The notes under the pieces are model-generated. The model saw nothing but the letters and a program-made list of their open reading frames with translations, was not told the origin of the DNA and made no database searches. From Lachnospiraceae bacterium (GTDB lineage: Bacteria > Bacillota > Clostridia > Lachnospirales > Lachnospiraceae): a DNA stretch of 64,000 bases. Each line of letters starts with the position of its first letter. Position 1 is the first letter of the stretch. Made by a program: the position numbers and the translations under genes. This document shows positions 1-10,565 of this stretch, one piece after another. The stretch lies in contig JAGPFR010000007.1 of assembly GCA_018056425.1 (NCBI GenBank), positions 2,907 to 66,906 on the forward strand, read 5' to 3'.

Positions 1-978
1 GATATGGACATACACTCCGCCTTCCTTGGTGAATTTAAATCCGTTGCTTATAAGATGCCAGAGGATTTTCTTGATCTTGCTTCCGTCTCCGAGAAGTTCC
101 GAAGGAATATGTGCATCCATATCCACTATAAGATCGAGACCGTAATTTTCGGTAAATGAAAGCTGGACGAGCAGGTCGTTAATGAGAGAGTCTATCATAT
201 AAGTCTCTCTCGTGACGGCAAGCTTACCCATATCGATCTCGGTAAAATCGAGAATATCGCTTATCTGTTCACTTACTCTGTGTCCCGCTTCCGATATTGC
301 GCGGATATTGGCCTGTGCTCCGTCGGGAAGGTCCTCTTTTTCGATTACCGCGGTAAGACCTATGACCGCATTTACGGGAGTTCTTATCTCATGCGAAACA
401 TTGGCAAGGAAGTTATCTAGTCTCTCCGTTGCACCTTTAAGTTCCTCGATCTCTTTACGGGTTCTCATGGTAACTCCATTCCAGTTGTCGATTATCATCC
501 TGCCGATCCAGCCGGCCATCGTTACGACAACGACATGAAGAAACGCCCTCGATACAGCCAGGACATCAAACTTTTCACCCATTGTAATGAGCATGAGAAT
601 ATCGTACGCGAATGTGATATAGAAGGTACCCTGACAAACCCAGATGAGCGATCTTACGCACGTGATGGAGTAGATCATTATGACCACTACCATGATAAGT
701 GCCGTATCAAATGTGCTCGTCATATGTGTACCGTAGAAGAAGTACAAGATCATCATCATGACGGCATATATCCACAGCCTTGCATTCGGTGCAAGTATCT
801 GCTGAATATGCATGACCCACGCTCCGCAGAGCGCAGCGATGACCAGAACAAGTGCCCACCTTTCCCAATCCATCAGGATGCATTCACCTATCAGGATCAG
901 GGCAAAGGCTGAAAAGCACAATAACAGAATCATATGTGAGGATTTAAATACCTCATTTTCTTCGTTCCCCCGACTCAT
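1..978 (-). CDS. Membrane-bound sensor histidine kinase, 3'-truncated by the window edge (not in the ORF track)
   Basis: Manual translation from ATG 978 (RBS AAAGGGG): MSRGNEENEVFKSSHMILLLCFSAF..., several hydrophobic helices, then HisKA H-box FLANVSHEIRTPVNAVIG and N-box KILWHLISNGFKFT. Frame stays open to position 1. Confidence 0.9.
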   Translation of the reverse strand, partial: MSRGNEENEVFKSSHMILLLCFSAFALILIGECILMDWERWALVLVIAALCGAWVMHIQQILAPNARLWIYAVMMMILYFFYGTHMTSTFDTALIMVVVIMIYSITCVRSLIWVCQGTFYITFAYDILMLITMGEKFDVLAVSRAFLHVVVVTMAGWIGRMIIDNWNGVTMRTRKEIEELKGATERLDNFLANVSHEIRTPVNAVIGLTAVIEKEDLPDGAQANIRAISEAGHRVSEQISDILDFTEIDMGKLAVTRETYMIDSLINDLLVQLSFTENYGLDLIVDMDAHIPSELLGDGSKIKKILWHLISNGFKFTKEGGVYVHI

Positions 979-1002
979 AAGAATCCCCTTTAAATCAAAA
1001 GA

Positions 1003-3366
1003 TCAATTATCTTTTTCCCTCATGTTGTACTGCGTGTCTTCGTCGATCATCTGGATCATAATGTCTGCAAATACGGGATCAAACTGCGTCCCCCTGCCCT
1101 TGATGATCTCCTGTCTGATGACTTCCTGCGGAAGCACATCCCTGTAACTTCTCCGGCTGCTCATCGCATCATACGAATCCGCTACGGCAATGATCCTTGC
1201 TTCTTCCGGAATGGCTTCTCCCACAAGCCCGTCCGGATAACCTCCGCCTCCGAATCTTTCGTGATGCCATCTTGCACCTGTTGCAAGAAGCGGCATTTCC
1301 TCAATGGTTTCAAGTATCCTGGCTCCCTTTACGGGATGAGTCTTGATGATCTCGAACTCTTCGTCCGTAAGCTTTCCGGGCTTATTGATGATAGCATCCG
1401 GAATACCGATCTTGCCTACATCGTGGAGAAGACCGAGCATATAGATATCTTCAAGCCTCTTATCACGATATCCGTATCTCTTGGCTATCTCTCTGGTATA
1501 ATCCGCCACTCTTCCGGAGTGACCGTTTGTATATGTATCCTTTGCATCGATGGATTCGGCAAGTGCCTGAACGACATGGATGAAAAGGGTATTGTTTTCC
1601 TTTGTCTTTTTCTCTACCTCGTTGGAAAGAGACCTCTGCAGTCTTACGAGTTCGATTATGTGTCTGACCCTGAGAAGAAGTATTTCGGGAACGAAAGGCT
1701 TCTTGATAAAATCCATCGCGCCGAGTAAAAGCCCCTGCTTTTCTGCTTCTTCGCTCTCATCCGCAGTCAGGAATATGACAGGAATGTCGGAAACCTTTCT
1801 TTCCATGGTGCGAAGTCTTCTCATGGTCTCAAAGCCGTCCATTCCGGGCATCTTGATATCGAGAAGGATCGCATCGGGAATTGTTTTTTCGAGATAATCC
1901 AGAAGTGCCTGTCCCGACTTAAGAGCCGTTACATAAAAACCGCTCTTGCTCAGTATATGTCCTGCGACCTGAAGATTTGCCGTATCGTCATCAACAACGG
2001 CAACTCTCACTTCACGATCGTATTTGGGATTATCATCACCACCGACAAACTCTGTCTCATACGTGATCTCGAGCTTGCCCGGATTCTTATCGTGCCACTC
2101 TCCCAGGAGTTCTCCGACAACCTTTTCTATGGAATCCTGGCGGATATCGGACAAAAGCACAAAGTATCTGTTAAACCTGTTCTTCATGAACAGATCGGAT
2201 TTTCTGAGCGATTCACCGATGTGATTTCCGAAACTGTCGCAGAGTTCCTTGAACTCCTCTTCCGTCTTCCCGACGGCAGGCTCCAGATTGATCAGAACCT
2301 TGCATGCGGTTCCCTGATTACGCATCAGGTATCTCATGATATAGCGGTAAACGTAGATGAAGGAATCCTTGTCGAGGCAGAGAGCATTGTTCGAGATCGA
2401 ACGCTCATCGAGGATCTTCGAAACGGTATGGATATCCATTCCGTTATTGTCGTCATCATCATCCTGACCCGTTCCGGAATATACGGAATATCCGTGTTTG
2501 CCGTGCTGCTTTACACTGTAAACCGCTTTGTCGGCAAGCTTTTCAAGAACGTCATGATCATTGCCGAATTCGGGAACAAATACGACACCGAACGAAGCAC
2601 CGAGGGGAATCTCCATATCATCGCCCATCATCTGCTTCGCATCTTTTATCATCTCCTCATTAACCTTATCGGAGAAGCGGGAGATGCTTTCTTCATCCGT
2701 AACACCGGGAACAAACGCTTCGAACTCGTCTCCGCCCATTCTCGAAAGAACGCTTCCGGCGGGAAGAACCTCCGACAGGATCCTCGCAAAGCTTATGAGA
2801 ACTCTGTCACCCATATCATGGCCATAGATATCATTGACGAGTTTAAATGAATCAAGATCTATCATCATCAGCGCACCTTCTCCGGATGCGCAGATCTTGG
2901 AATATTCGTTTTTGCCGGACATCTTGTTCAGAAAGCCCGTGAGCTTATCCGTGGATGCCTCGACTTTAAGGTTGAGCATTTTCTCGCGATTGGAGAGAAT
3001 GTTATTGATACGCCTGAGAAGAACCTCAGGGTCGAAAGGTTTCTTGATATAGTCCGATACACCGACTTCAAATCCCATGGTCTCGGTATCGGGTGTGTCG
3101 TCCGCTGTGAGGAATATGACGGGAATCTCTTCTCTTCCGAGCTCGTTCTCATATCCGCGAAGTCTCATGAGAGTCTCGAAACCGTCCATTTCGGGCATAT
3201 TTATGTCCAAAAGAATAAGATCCGGAAACCCCTTCTCGCTGACATAGTCAAGAAGAGACTGCCCGGATCTGAGCGCAGTAACACGCATATTGGCCTTACT
3301 TAAGATGTGACCTGCCATCTTAAGATTACTGGTATCGTCATCAACTACAATGATCCATTCCGCCAT
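1003..3366 (-). CDS. Response regulator with REC-GGDEF-(degenerate GGDEF-like)-REC-HD-GYP architecture, c-di-GMP metabolism
   Basis: Two receiver domains (LILLDINMP, AILLDIKMP), DLDSFKLVNDIYGH and RMGGDEF, then HDVGKIG and HHERFGGGGYP. Confidence 0.92.
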   Translation of the reverse strand: MAEWIIVVDDDTSNLKMAGHILSKANMRVTALRSGQSLLDYVSEKGFPDLILLDINMPEMDGFETLMRLRGYENELGREEIPVIFLTADDTPDTETMGFEVGVSDYIKKPFDPEVLLRRINNILSNREKMLNLKVEASTDKLTGFLNKMSGKNEYSKICASGEGALMMIDLDSFKLVNDIYGHDMGDRVLISFARILSEVLPAGSVLSRMGGDEFEAFVPGVTDEESISRFSDKVNEEMIKDAKQMMGDDMEIPLGASFGVVFVPEFGNDHDVLEKLADKAVYSVKQHGKHGYSVYSGTGQDDDDDNNGMDIHTVSKILDERSISNNALCLDKDSFIYVYRYIMRYLMRNQGTACKVLINLEPAVGKTEEEFKELCDSFGNHIGESLRKSDLFMKNRFNRYFVLLSDIRQDSIEKVVGELLGEWHDKNPGKLEITYETEFVGGDDNPKYDREVRVAVVDDDTANLQVAGHILSKSGFYVTALKSGQALLDYLEKTIPDAILLDIKMPGMDGFETMRRLRTMERKVSDIPVIFLTADESEEAEKQGLLLGAMDFIKKPFVPEILLLRVRHIIELVRLQRSLSNEVEKKTKENNTLFIHVVQALAESIDAKDTYTNGHSGRVADYTREIAKRYGYRDKRLEDIYMLGLLHDVGKIGIPDAIINKPGKLTDEEFEIIKTHPVKGARILETIEEMPLLATGARWHHERFGGGGYPDGLVGEAIPEEARIIAVADSYDAMSSRRSYRDVLPQEVIRQEIIKGRGTQFDPVFADIMIQMIDEDTQYNMREKDN

Positions 3367-3419
3367 TAAAACATTGTCCCCATAAACATAAGAAAAAACT
3401 AAAAGACATTAGTAAGACG

Positions 3420-3448
3420 ATTTTACGATAAACAGGCGGATTTGGCAA
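3420..3448 (-). promoter_or_regulatory. Sigma70/A-type promoter for the REC-GGDEF-HD-GYP and kinase genes
   Basis: TTGCCA-17 bp-TAAAAT on the minus strand, directly after the carB stop. Confidence 0.55.
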
Positions 3449-6400
3449 TTAAATAGGCGAAACTCCGATGGTCATTTCCTCGAGAACATCAAGGAGAACC
3501 CTGACGGTATCGAGTGATGTAAATGTAGTGATCCTGTGCTCGCTTGCACATCTTCTGATGGCAACACCGTCCTCGTAATGAACGCCCGAAAGGATCGCTC
3601 TGGTATTGATAACATAGCTTACATATCCCGCACTGATGGAATCGAGGATCTCGGTGCTTCCTTCGCTGAGTTTATGACGGAGTCTGCATCTGATGCCGTG
3701 ATCCTTGAAATAGAGCGCGGTCATGGTGGTAGCTTCTATATTGAAGCCCATGTCGTAGAAACGCTTTGCGAGGGGAAGAGCTTCCTCCTTGTCCTCGTCA
3801 GCAAGCGTAAATGTAACCGTGCCGTAATTCTGAAGCTTGATGCCGGATGCCACAAGCGCCTTGTACATTGCACGATGGAGCAGCCTGTCATATCCTATCG
3901 CTTCACCTGTGGACTTCATTTCGGGTGAGAGGTAAGCATCCATTCCGGAAAGCTTCGAGAATGAGAATACGGGAGCCTTTACGAACCACTTCTCACCGGG
4001 AACGGGTGTCATGTCGGTGATTCCCTGCTCTTTAAGTGAGATGCCCAGGCTTACTCTTGTTGCAATATCGGGAAGAGGGAATCCCGTAGCCTTTGACAGG
4101 AAAGGAACGGTTCTCGAGGATCTGGGATTTACCTCGATGATGAATACATCCTCATTCTTATCACAGATAAACTGAATATTGAAAAGTCCCTTGATTCCGA
4201 TTCCGAGACCGAGCTTTCTGGTGTAATCCCTGATGGTCTCTTTTACCTTATCGGATACGCTGAAGGTGGGATATACGCTTATGGAGTCTCCGGAGTGGAT
4301 ACCTGTTCTCTCTACAAGTTCCATGATTCCGGGGATGAATACATCTGTTCCGTCACAGATCGCATCAACCTCAAGTTCCTTACCGCTGATGTATCTGTCT
4401 ACGAGAACGGGTCTGTCCTCATCTATTTCAACCGCAGTCTGAAGGTAGGTTCTTAAGTCCTTTTCCTTCGATACGATCTGCATTGCTCTTCCGCCGAGAA
4501 CGAAGCTGGGACGTACAAGAACGGGATAACCGATGGACTCCGCAGCCTTCACGCCGTCTTCGATATTGGTAACCGCAAGTCCCTTGGGCTCGGGAATCCC
4601 GAGTTCTTCGAGAAGCTTTTCAAAGCTGTCACGGTTCTCTGCCTTATCGATTGCATCGCAGTCGGTTCCGATAAGCTTTACTCCGCGCGCATGAAGAGGC
4701 TCTGCGAGGTTGACCGCAGTCTGTCCTCCGAGAGTTGCGATGACTCCCTCGGGCTTTTCAAGCTCTATGATATTCATTACATCTTCAACGCACAGAGGCT
4801 CGAAATAGAGCTTGTCGGAAGTTGTGTAATCGGTTGATACGGTCTCGGGGTTATTGTTGATTACGATTGCTTCGTATCCCGAATCCTTGATGGTCTTAAC
4901 AGCATGAACGGTTGAGTAGTCGAACTCGACACCCTGTCCGATCCTGATGGGGCCTGCACCGAGTACGATAACCTTGGGCTTGTCGGAAACCTTTGATTCA
5001 TTCTCTCCTTCATAGGTCGAGTAGAAATAAGGTACATAGCTTTCAAACTCGGAAGCACATGTATCGATCATCTTATAAACGGGGAAGATTCCGTTTTCTT
5101 TTCTCAGATCGAATACTTCCTTCTCGGTAATGCCCCAGATATATGCGATCTCCACATCGGAGAATCCCATTCTCTTGGCATCCCTAAGGACAGCAGGATC
5201 ATTCTTATGGTCGAAAAGAATACTCTCTTCATCGATGATGTTCGAAATCTTATCGAGGAAGAACATATCGATCCCGGTTCTCTTCGAGATCTCTTCGGGC
5301 TTGATCTTACGGCGAAGCATCTCCGCAATGGCATAGATTCTGTCGCCGGTCATCTTAAGTACGGGATCCCAGAGTTCTTCGTCCGACATCTCTGTGAACT
5401 TGCTCATGTAGAGATGAACGGTTCCGCACTCAAGGCTTCTTACTGCCTTAAGAAGGCTCTCCTCAAAGCATCTTCCGATACTCATGGTCTCACCGGTAGC
5501 CTTCATCTGGGTTCCGAGGCTTTGGTTGGCATCTGTGAATTTATCAAATGGGAAGCGAGGCATCTTGGTTACGATGTAATCAAGTGCGGGCTCGAAACAT
5601 GCGGGAGTATTTGCAAGACGGATCTCCTCGAGGTTGTATCCTACGCTTATCTTCGCAGAAACTCTTGCGATGGGGTATCCGGATGCCTTGGAAGCAAGTG
5701 CGGAGGATCTGGATACTCTGGGGTTAACCTCGATGAGGTAATACTTAAATGATTTGGGATCGAGAGCAAACTGAACATTACATCCGCCGCATACTTTCAA
5801 AGCTCTGATGAGCTTGAGAGCCGAATCACGGAGCATGTGATACTCTTTATCGGTAAGTGTCTGTGAGGGGCATACTACGATCGAATCGCCGGTGTGGATT
5901 CCGACGGGATCGAGGTTTTCCATGTTACATACGGTAATCGCGGTATCGTTTGCATCGCGGATTACTTCATACTCGATCTCCTTGTAGCCCTTTACACTCT
6001 TTTCTACGAGAACTTCGCTTACGGGAGAAAGTTCAAGTCCCGCTGCAAGAAGCTCGACAAGTTCTTTTTCGTTATCGGCAAATCCGCCGCCTGTTCCGCC
6101 GAGAGTAAATGCAGGGCGCAGAACCACGGGATATCCGATTTCCTCAGCTGCTGCCTTCCCTTCTTCAATGCTGTGAACTACGATGGAAGGAAGAACGGGC
6201 TCACCGAGTCTTTCGCAGAGCTCTTTAAATTCCTCTCTGTCCTCAGCCATCTCGATACTGTCGGAATCGGTTCCGAGAAGTTCGCATCTGCACTCTTTAA
6301 GGATGCCCTTTTTCTCAAGCTGCATTGCAAGGTTAAGACCGGTCTGTCCGCCGATTCCGGGAAGGATTGCATCGGGACGCTCGGTTCTGATTATCCTCGC

Positions 6401-6622
6401 AACATATTCGAGATTGAGGGGCTCCATATAAACCCTGTCCGCAACCGATGTATCGGTCATAATGGTAGCGGGGTTTGAGTTACACAGGATTACTTCGTAG
6501 CCTTCCTCTTTAAGTGCAAGGCAGGCCTGGGTTCCAGCATAATCGAATTCGGCAGCCTGACCGATGACAATGGGTCCCGATCCGATAACCAGTATTTTGT
6601 TTATGTCTGTTCTCTTGGGCAT
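3449..6622 (-). CDS. carB: Carbamoyl-phosphate synthase large subunit
   Basis: [30 protein letters not shown] start, two ATP-grasp halves ([21 protein letters not shown]), C-terminal MGS-like domain; 1057 aa. Confidence 0.99.
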   Translation of the reverse strand: MPKRTDINKILVIGSGPIVIGQAAEFDYAGTQACLALKEEGYEVILCNSNPATIMTDTSVADRVYMEPLNLEYVARIIRTERPDAILPGIGGQTGLNLAMQLEKKGILKECRCELLGTDSDSIEMAEDREEFKELCERLGEPVLPSIVVHSIEEGKAAAEEIGYPVVLRPAFTLGGTGGGFADNEKELVELLAAGLELSPVSEVLVEKSVKGYKEIEYEVIRDANDTAITVCNMENLDPVGIHTGDSIVVCPSQTLTDKEYHMLRDSALKLIRALKVCGGCNVQFALDPKSFKYYLIEVNPRVSRSSALASKASGYPIARVSAKISVGYNLEEIRLANTPACFEPALDYIVTKMPRFPFDKFTDANQSLGTQMKATGETMSIGRCFEESLLKAVRSLECGTVHLYMSKFTEMSDEELWDPVLKMTGDRIYAIAEMLRRKIKPEEISKRTGIDMFFLDKISNIIDEESILFDHKNDPAVLRDAKRMGFSDVEIAYIWGITEKEVFDLRKENGIFPVYKMIDTCASEFESYVPYFYSTYEGENESKVSDKPKVIVLGAGPIRIGQGVEFDYSTVHAVKTIKDSGYEAIVINNNPETVSTDYTTSDKLYFEPLCVEDVMNIIELEKPEGVIATLGGQTAVNLAEPLHARGVKLIGTDCDAIDKAENRDSFEKLLEELGIPEPKGLAVTNIEDGVKAAESIGYPVLVRPSFVLGGRAMQIVSKEKDLRTYLQTAVEIDEDRPVLVDRYISGKELEVDAICDGTDVFIPGIMELVERTGIHSGDSISVYPTFSVSDKVKETIRDYTRKLGLGIGIKGLFNIQFICDKNEDVFIIEVNPRSSRTVPFLSKATGFPLPDIATRVSLGISLKEQGITDMTPVPGEKWFVKAPVFSFSKLSGMDAYLSPEMKSTGEAIGYDRLLHRAMYKALVASGIKLQNYGTVTFTLADEDKEEALPLAKRFYDMGFNIEATTMTALYFKDHGIRCRLRHKLSEGSTEILDSISAGYVSYVINTRAILSGVHYEDGVAIRRCASEHRITTFTSLDTVRVLLDVLEEMTIGVSPI

Positions 6623-6650
6623 TTTTTCTACCTTTCCGTATCCGCAGTCG

Positions 6651-7736
6651 TTAATCCATCAGTTTAAGAAATTCATCAAACAGATATGAACTGTCGTGCG
6701 GGCCGGGTGAACTCTCCGGATGGTACTGCACGCTGAAGATCTTATCCTTCTCACACTTGACTCCCTCTACGGTACCGTCGAGAAGATTTTTGTGCGTGAC
6801 AACAAGACCGGTTCCCGCAAGTGAATTCTCGTCCACAGCATAGGAATGGTTCTGTGATGTAATGTCTGTTTTTCCTGTCTCAAGATTTTTAACGGGATGG
6901 TTTCCGCCGCGGTGACCGAACTTAAGCTTATAAGTCTTTGCTCCGCAGGCAAGTGAAATGATCTGATGTCCGAGGCAGATTCCGAAAATGGGATATTTAC
7001 CGCGAAGCGTTCTTACAAGCTCGATCGCTTCCTTGACATCTTCGGGATCTCCGGGGCCGTTTGAAAGGAAGATTCCGTCGGGCTTTACATCCTCAACTTC
7101 CTCAGCCGTGGCATTCCAGGGGAATACCGTTACACTGCAATTCTTGTTGAAAAAAGAACGGAGAATGTTCTCTTTCATACCGAAGTCAATTGCAGCGATG
7201 TGATATTTGGAATTTACTGAAATATATTTCTCGATAAGGGGACGGCTTACTCTGGGAACCTGATCGTGTCCCATGACCGTTTCTTCCAATATCTTAAGTC
7301 CCTCTTCCAGAGTGGTGCTTTCATCGGTAATGAGAGCTTTTCTCGTACCTACATCTCTTATCTTACGAACTATCTCTCTGGTATCGACTCCGGTAATTCC
7401 CGGAATACCAAGTTCTTTAAGTGTCTGTGAAAAAGTCTTGCTGCTTCTGAAATTGGAAGGGAGGTCGTTATAATCCCTTACGACAAAACCTCCGATGGTG
7501 GGATGCTTGGTTTCGTAATCGTCATCATTGATGCCGTAATTTCCTATAAGAGGATAGGCCATGGTAACGAACTGATCGGTATATGAGGGGTCGGACATTA
7601 TCTCCTGATAACCCACGGGTGAAGTATTGAACACGAGCTCACAAACTCTGTTTCCCGTATCCTCTCCGAATCCGATGCCGACGTATTCACTGCCGTCCGA
7701 CATTATCAGTTTTCTTTTCTTCCCCTTGTAAATCAT
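6651..7736 (-). CDS. carA: Carbamoyl-phosphate synthase small subunit
   Basis: [17 protein letters not shown] (catalytic Cys), QYHPE. Confidence 0.98.
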   Translation of the reverse strand: MIYKGKKRKLIMSDGSEYVGIGFGEDTGNRVCELVFNTSPVGYQEIMSDPSYTDQFVTMAYPLIGNYGINDDDYETKHPTIGGFVVRDYNDLPSNFRSSKTFSQTLKELGIPGITGVDTREIVRKIRDVGTRKALITDESTTLEEGLKILEETVMGHDQVPRVSRPLIEKYISVNSKYHIAAIDFGMKENILRSFFNKNCSVTVFPWNATAEEVEDVKPDGIFLSNGPGDPEDVKEAIELVRTLRGKYPIFGICLGHQIISLACGAKTYKLKFGHRGGNHPVKNLETGKTDITSQNHSYAVDENSLAGTGLVVTHKNLLDGTVEGVKCEKDKIFSVQYHPESSPGPHDSSYLFDEFLKLMD

Positions 7737-9163
7737 TACCTGACCTCCGAAAGTTTTTTCTCGAATCTGTCCTTCCTCGGATCCGACGGTATCCTTGTGG
7801 GATAATCTCCGTCAAAGCAAGCACTGCAGAAAGACTTAACTCCGCTCATCTCTTCAAGACTGTTTATAGGAAGAAATCCTATCGAATCTGCTCCGCAAAG
7901 AGCGGCTATTTCCTCGGGTGTATGATGGTTTGCGATAAGCTTGTCCTCGGAATCGATATCAACCCCATAGAAGCAGGGATGTCTGAACGGAGGTGATGAG
8001 ATCCTTAAGTGAATCTCCTTAGCTCCCGCATCCCTCAGGATGCTTATGATCCTCTTGCTGGTGGTTCCTCTTACTATCGAATCATCGATAAGAACCACTC
8101 TCTTGCCTTCAAGGACGCTCTTTACGGGACTGAGCTTTATTCTTACGGTATCCGTTCTCTGATCCTGGGATGGTGCTATAAAGCTTCTGCCCACATATTT
8201 ATTCTTAACGAGACCGATCTCGTAGGGGATTCCGCTCTCCCTTGAATAGCCTATGGCTGCATCAAGTCCGGAATCGGGAACGCCCACAACCACGTCCGCA
8301 TCCACGGGATATTCCCTGGCAAGAATTCTTCCTGCCCTGACTCTCGTATCATGCACCGCTATACAATCTATCACAGAATCAGGTCTTGCAAAATAGATAT
8401 ATTCAAAAATACAGGGACTTTTTTTGCCGCCGCAGTTTTCCGTGTAGGATTCGGGCTCAGAAAACGGTTTATCTGCCTGGAAGACCAACATTTCACCGGG
8501 GACGATATCCCTTACGAAGGTTGCACCGACCGCATTCAGGGCACAGCTTTCGGAAGCTACAACGAAGCTTCCGTCCTCCCTTTTACCGTAGCAAAGAGGT
8601 CTGAAACCGTGAGGATCGCGCACCGCAAGGAGCTTTGTCGAAGACATCATGACCAGGCTGTATGCGCCTTCAAGGTGCTTTACCGCAGCAAGAACCGCTT
8701 TTTCGATGCTGTCCGTTTTAAGCCTTTCCCTGGTAATCATGTAGCAGATTGTCTCGGTATCGCTGGTCGAGTGGAAAATAGCACCGGAAAGCTCGAGAGA
8801 ATCGCGAAGATCCAGGGAATTGGCCAGATTGCCGTTATGTGCAAGGGCAAGATTACCCTTCTGATGACTTACAACCATGGGCTGAATATTGCTTGCGACA
8901 TTTCCGCCCGTTGTCCCGTATCTGACATGTCCGATCGCCATGCATCCGCCCGGAAGATTATTTAATTCAGTCTCGGAAAAGACCTCGCCGACAAGGCCGA
9001 GGTCTTTATGTGTTGCAAAAACGCCGTCGTCATTTACCACGATACCGCAGCTTTCCTGCCCTCTGTGCTGAAGCACATACAGCCCGTGATAAACGTCGCG
9101 TGCAATATCATTATTCTTACTTCCGACTACTCCGAATACTCCGCATTCTTCATGAATTGCCAT
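7736..9163 (-). CDS. purF: Amidophosphoribosyltransferase
   Basis: EECGVFG Ntn nucleophile, QHRGQE, PRPP loop VVLIDDSIVRGTT, Fe-S Cys motifs. Confidence 0.98.
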   Translation of the reverse strand: MAIHEECGVFGVVGSKNNDIARDVYHGLYVLQHRGQESCGIVVNDDGVFATHKDLGLVGEVFSETELNNLPGGCMAIGHVRYGTTGGNVASNIQPMVVSHQKGNLALAHNGNLANSLDLRDSLELSGAIFHSTSDTETICYMITRERLKTDSIEKAVLAAVKHLEGAYSLVMMSSTKLLAVRDPHGFRPLCYGKREDGSFVVASESCALNAVGATFVRDIVPGEMLVFQADKPFSEPESYTENCGGKKSPCIFEYIYFARPDSVIDCIAVHDTRVRAGRILAREYPVDADVVVGVPDSGLDAAIGYSRESGIPYEIGLVKNKYVGRSFIAPSQDQRTDTVRIKLSPVKSVLEGKRVVLIDDSIVRGTTSKRIISILRDAGAKEIHLRISSPPFRHPCFYGVDIDSEDKLIANHHTPEEIAALCGADSIGFLPINSLEEMSGVKSFCSACFDGDYPTRIPSDPRKDRFEKKLSEVR

Positions 9164-10022
9164 TTCGTTTACAAGCCTCCTTTACGAATCCTTTGAAAAG
9201 AGGATGAGCTTTGTCGGGTCTTGACTTAAATTCGGGATGATACTGGACTCCGAGGTAGAAATTCTTATCGGTGATCTCCATCTCCTCAACAAGTTTTCCG
9301 TCCGGAGACATACCCGCAAATGTTGCTCCCGCTTTCTCGAAAGCTTCTTTGAAATCATTATTGAATTCATATCTGTGGCGGTGACGCTCGGAAATCTCTT
9401 CCTTACCGTAATATTCCTTCATCTTGGAATTATCGCTTATCTTACAGGGATATGCTCCGAGTCTGAGTGTGCCGCCTTTATTGATGATATCGCTTTGCCC
9501 GGGCATAAAGTCGATGACCTTATGTGCACAGAGTTCGTCAAACTCACCTGAGTTTGCATCCTCATATCCGAGAACGTTTCTGGCAAACTCGATACATGCG
9601 ATCTGCATTCCGAGACATATTCCGAAATAGGGAACGTCATGTGTCCTCGCATATCTGGCGGAGGTGATCATTCCCTCGATACCTCTGTCACCGAATCCTC
9701 CGGGAACAATGATCCCGTCGATTCCCTTAAAGGTTTCTTCAACATTTTCTTCGGTGATCTTCTCGGAATCGATCCACTTTATCTGAACCTTTGCATCATT
9801 CTCATATCCGGCATGACGAAGTGCCTCCGCAACGGACAGATATGCATCGTGAAGCTGTACATATTTTCCTACAAGACCGATAACCGCAGTCTTCTTAAGA
9901 TTCTTGATCCGATCGACCATCTCTCTCCAATGGCCGAGGTCAGGATCACCTGCTTCTATACCGAGTTCCCTGCATACGATCTTGGAAAATCCCGAATCCT
10001 CAAGCATAAGAGGCGCTTCATA
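9150..10022 (-). pseudogene. pyrG: CTP synthase C-terminal (glutaminase) half only, fused in frame to a gltB C-terminal fragment; synthetase domain missing
   Basis: YEAPLMLE...VGKYVQLHDAYLSV...VPGGFGDRG...GICLGMQ...ERHRHRYE...QYHPEFKSRP; no N-terminal amidoligase domain. Confidence 0.93.
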
Positions 10023-10565
10023 CTTTGCTATCGTTCTGATCATTCTCTGATAATCTCTTGCGATTACTTTCTTGAAGCAAAGAAGCTCTTCGTCAAAATT
10101 ATCGAGTATCTCTTTACCGAGCTTTGAACCGGTACACTTAACGTAATCTTCAAGGATCGTCTTAAGCTCTTCCCTGTCGACCTTCTCCGATACTTCCTCG
10201 AGTTCGATCATATCCTTGTTGATCCTGCGGTAAAGGCTGTGATCCTTATCAAGTACATAAGCGATACCGCCGCTCATACCTGCCGCAAAGTTCTTGCCGG
10301 TGCTTCCGAGTATTACGACTCTTCCGCCCGTCATATATTCAAGGCCGTGGTCTCCGCAGCCTTCGGCAACTGCTGTAGCTCCCGAATTTCTTACACAGAA
10401 TCTTTCGCCCGCAACACCGGTGATATATGCCTTACCCGATGTGGCACCGTAAAGAGCCACGTTACCTACGATTATATTCTCCGAAGCTTCGAATCTGCTG
10501 CCCTCTGGAGGAACCACGACAAGTTTTCCGCCGGATAATCCTTTTCCGAATCCGTCGTTTGCATC
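10017..10565 (-). pseudogene. gltB: Glutamate synthase large subunit, C-terminal GXGXG domain fragment
   Basis: DANDGFGKGLSGGKLVV...GNVALYGATSG...AGERFCVRNSGA...EYMTGG; begins abruptly at 10565 and runs into pyrG at YE. Confidence 0.93.

Noticed and set aside
3449-6622. Internal sequence repetition in carB
   Set aside because: This is the normal duplication of the two ATP-grasp halves.
9150-10517. 455-aa ORF as a bona fide novel enzyme
   Set aside because: Both halves are truncated parts of known enzymes joined at a shared YE, and the GTG start is internal to gltB with no good RBS; treated as a deletion product.
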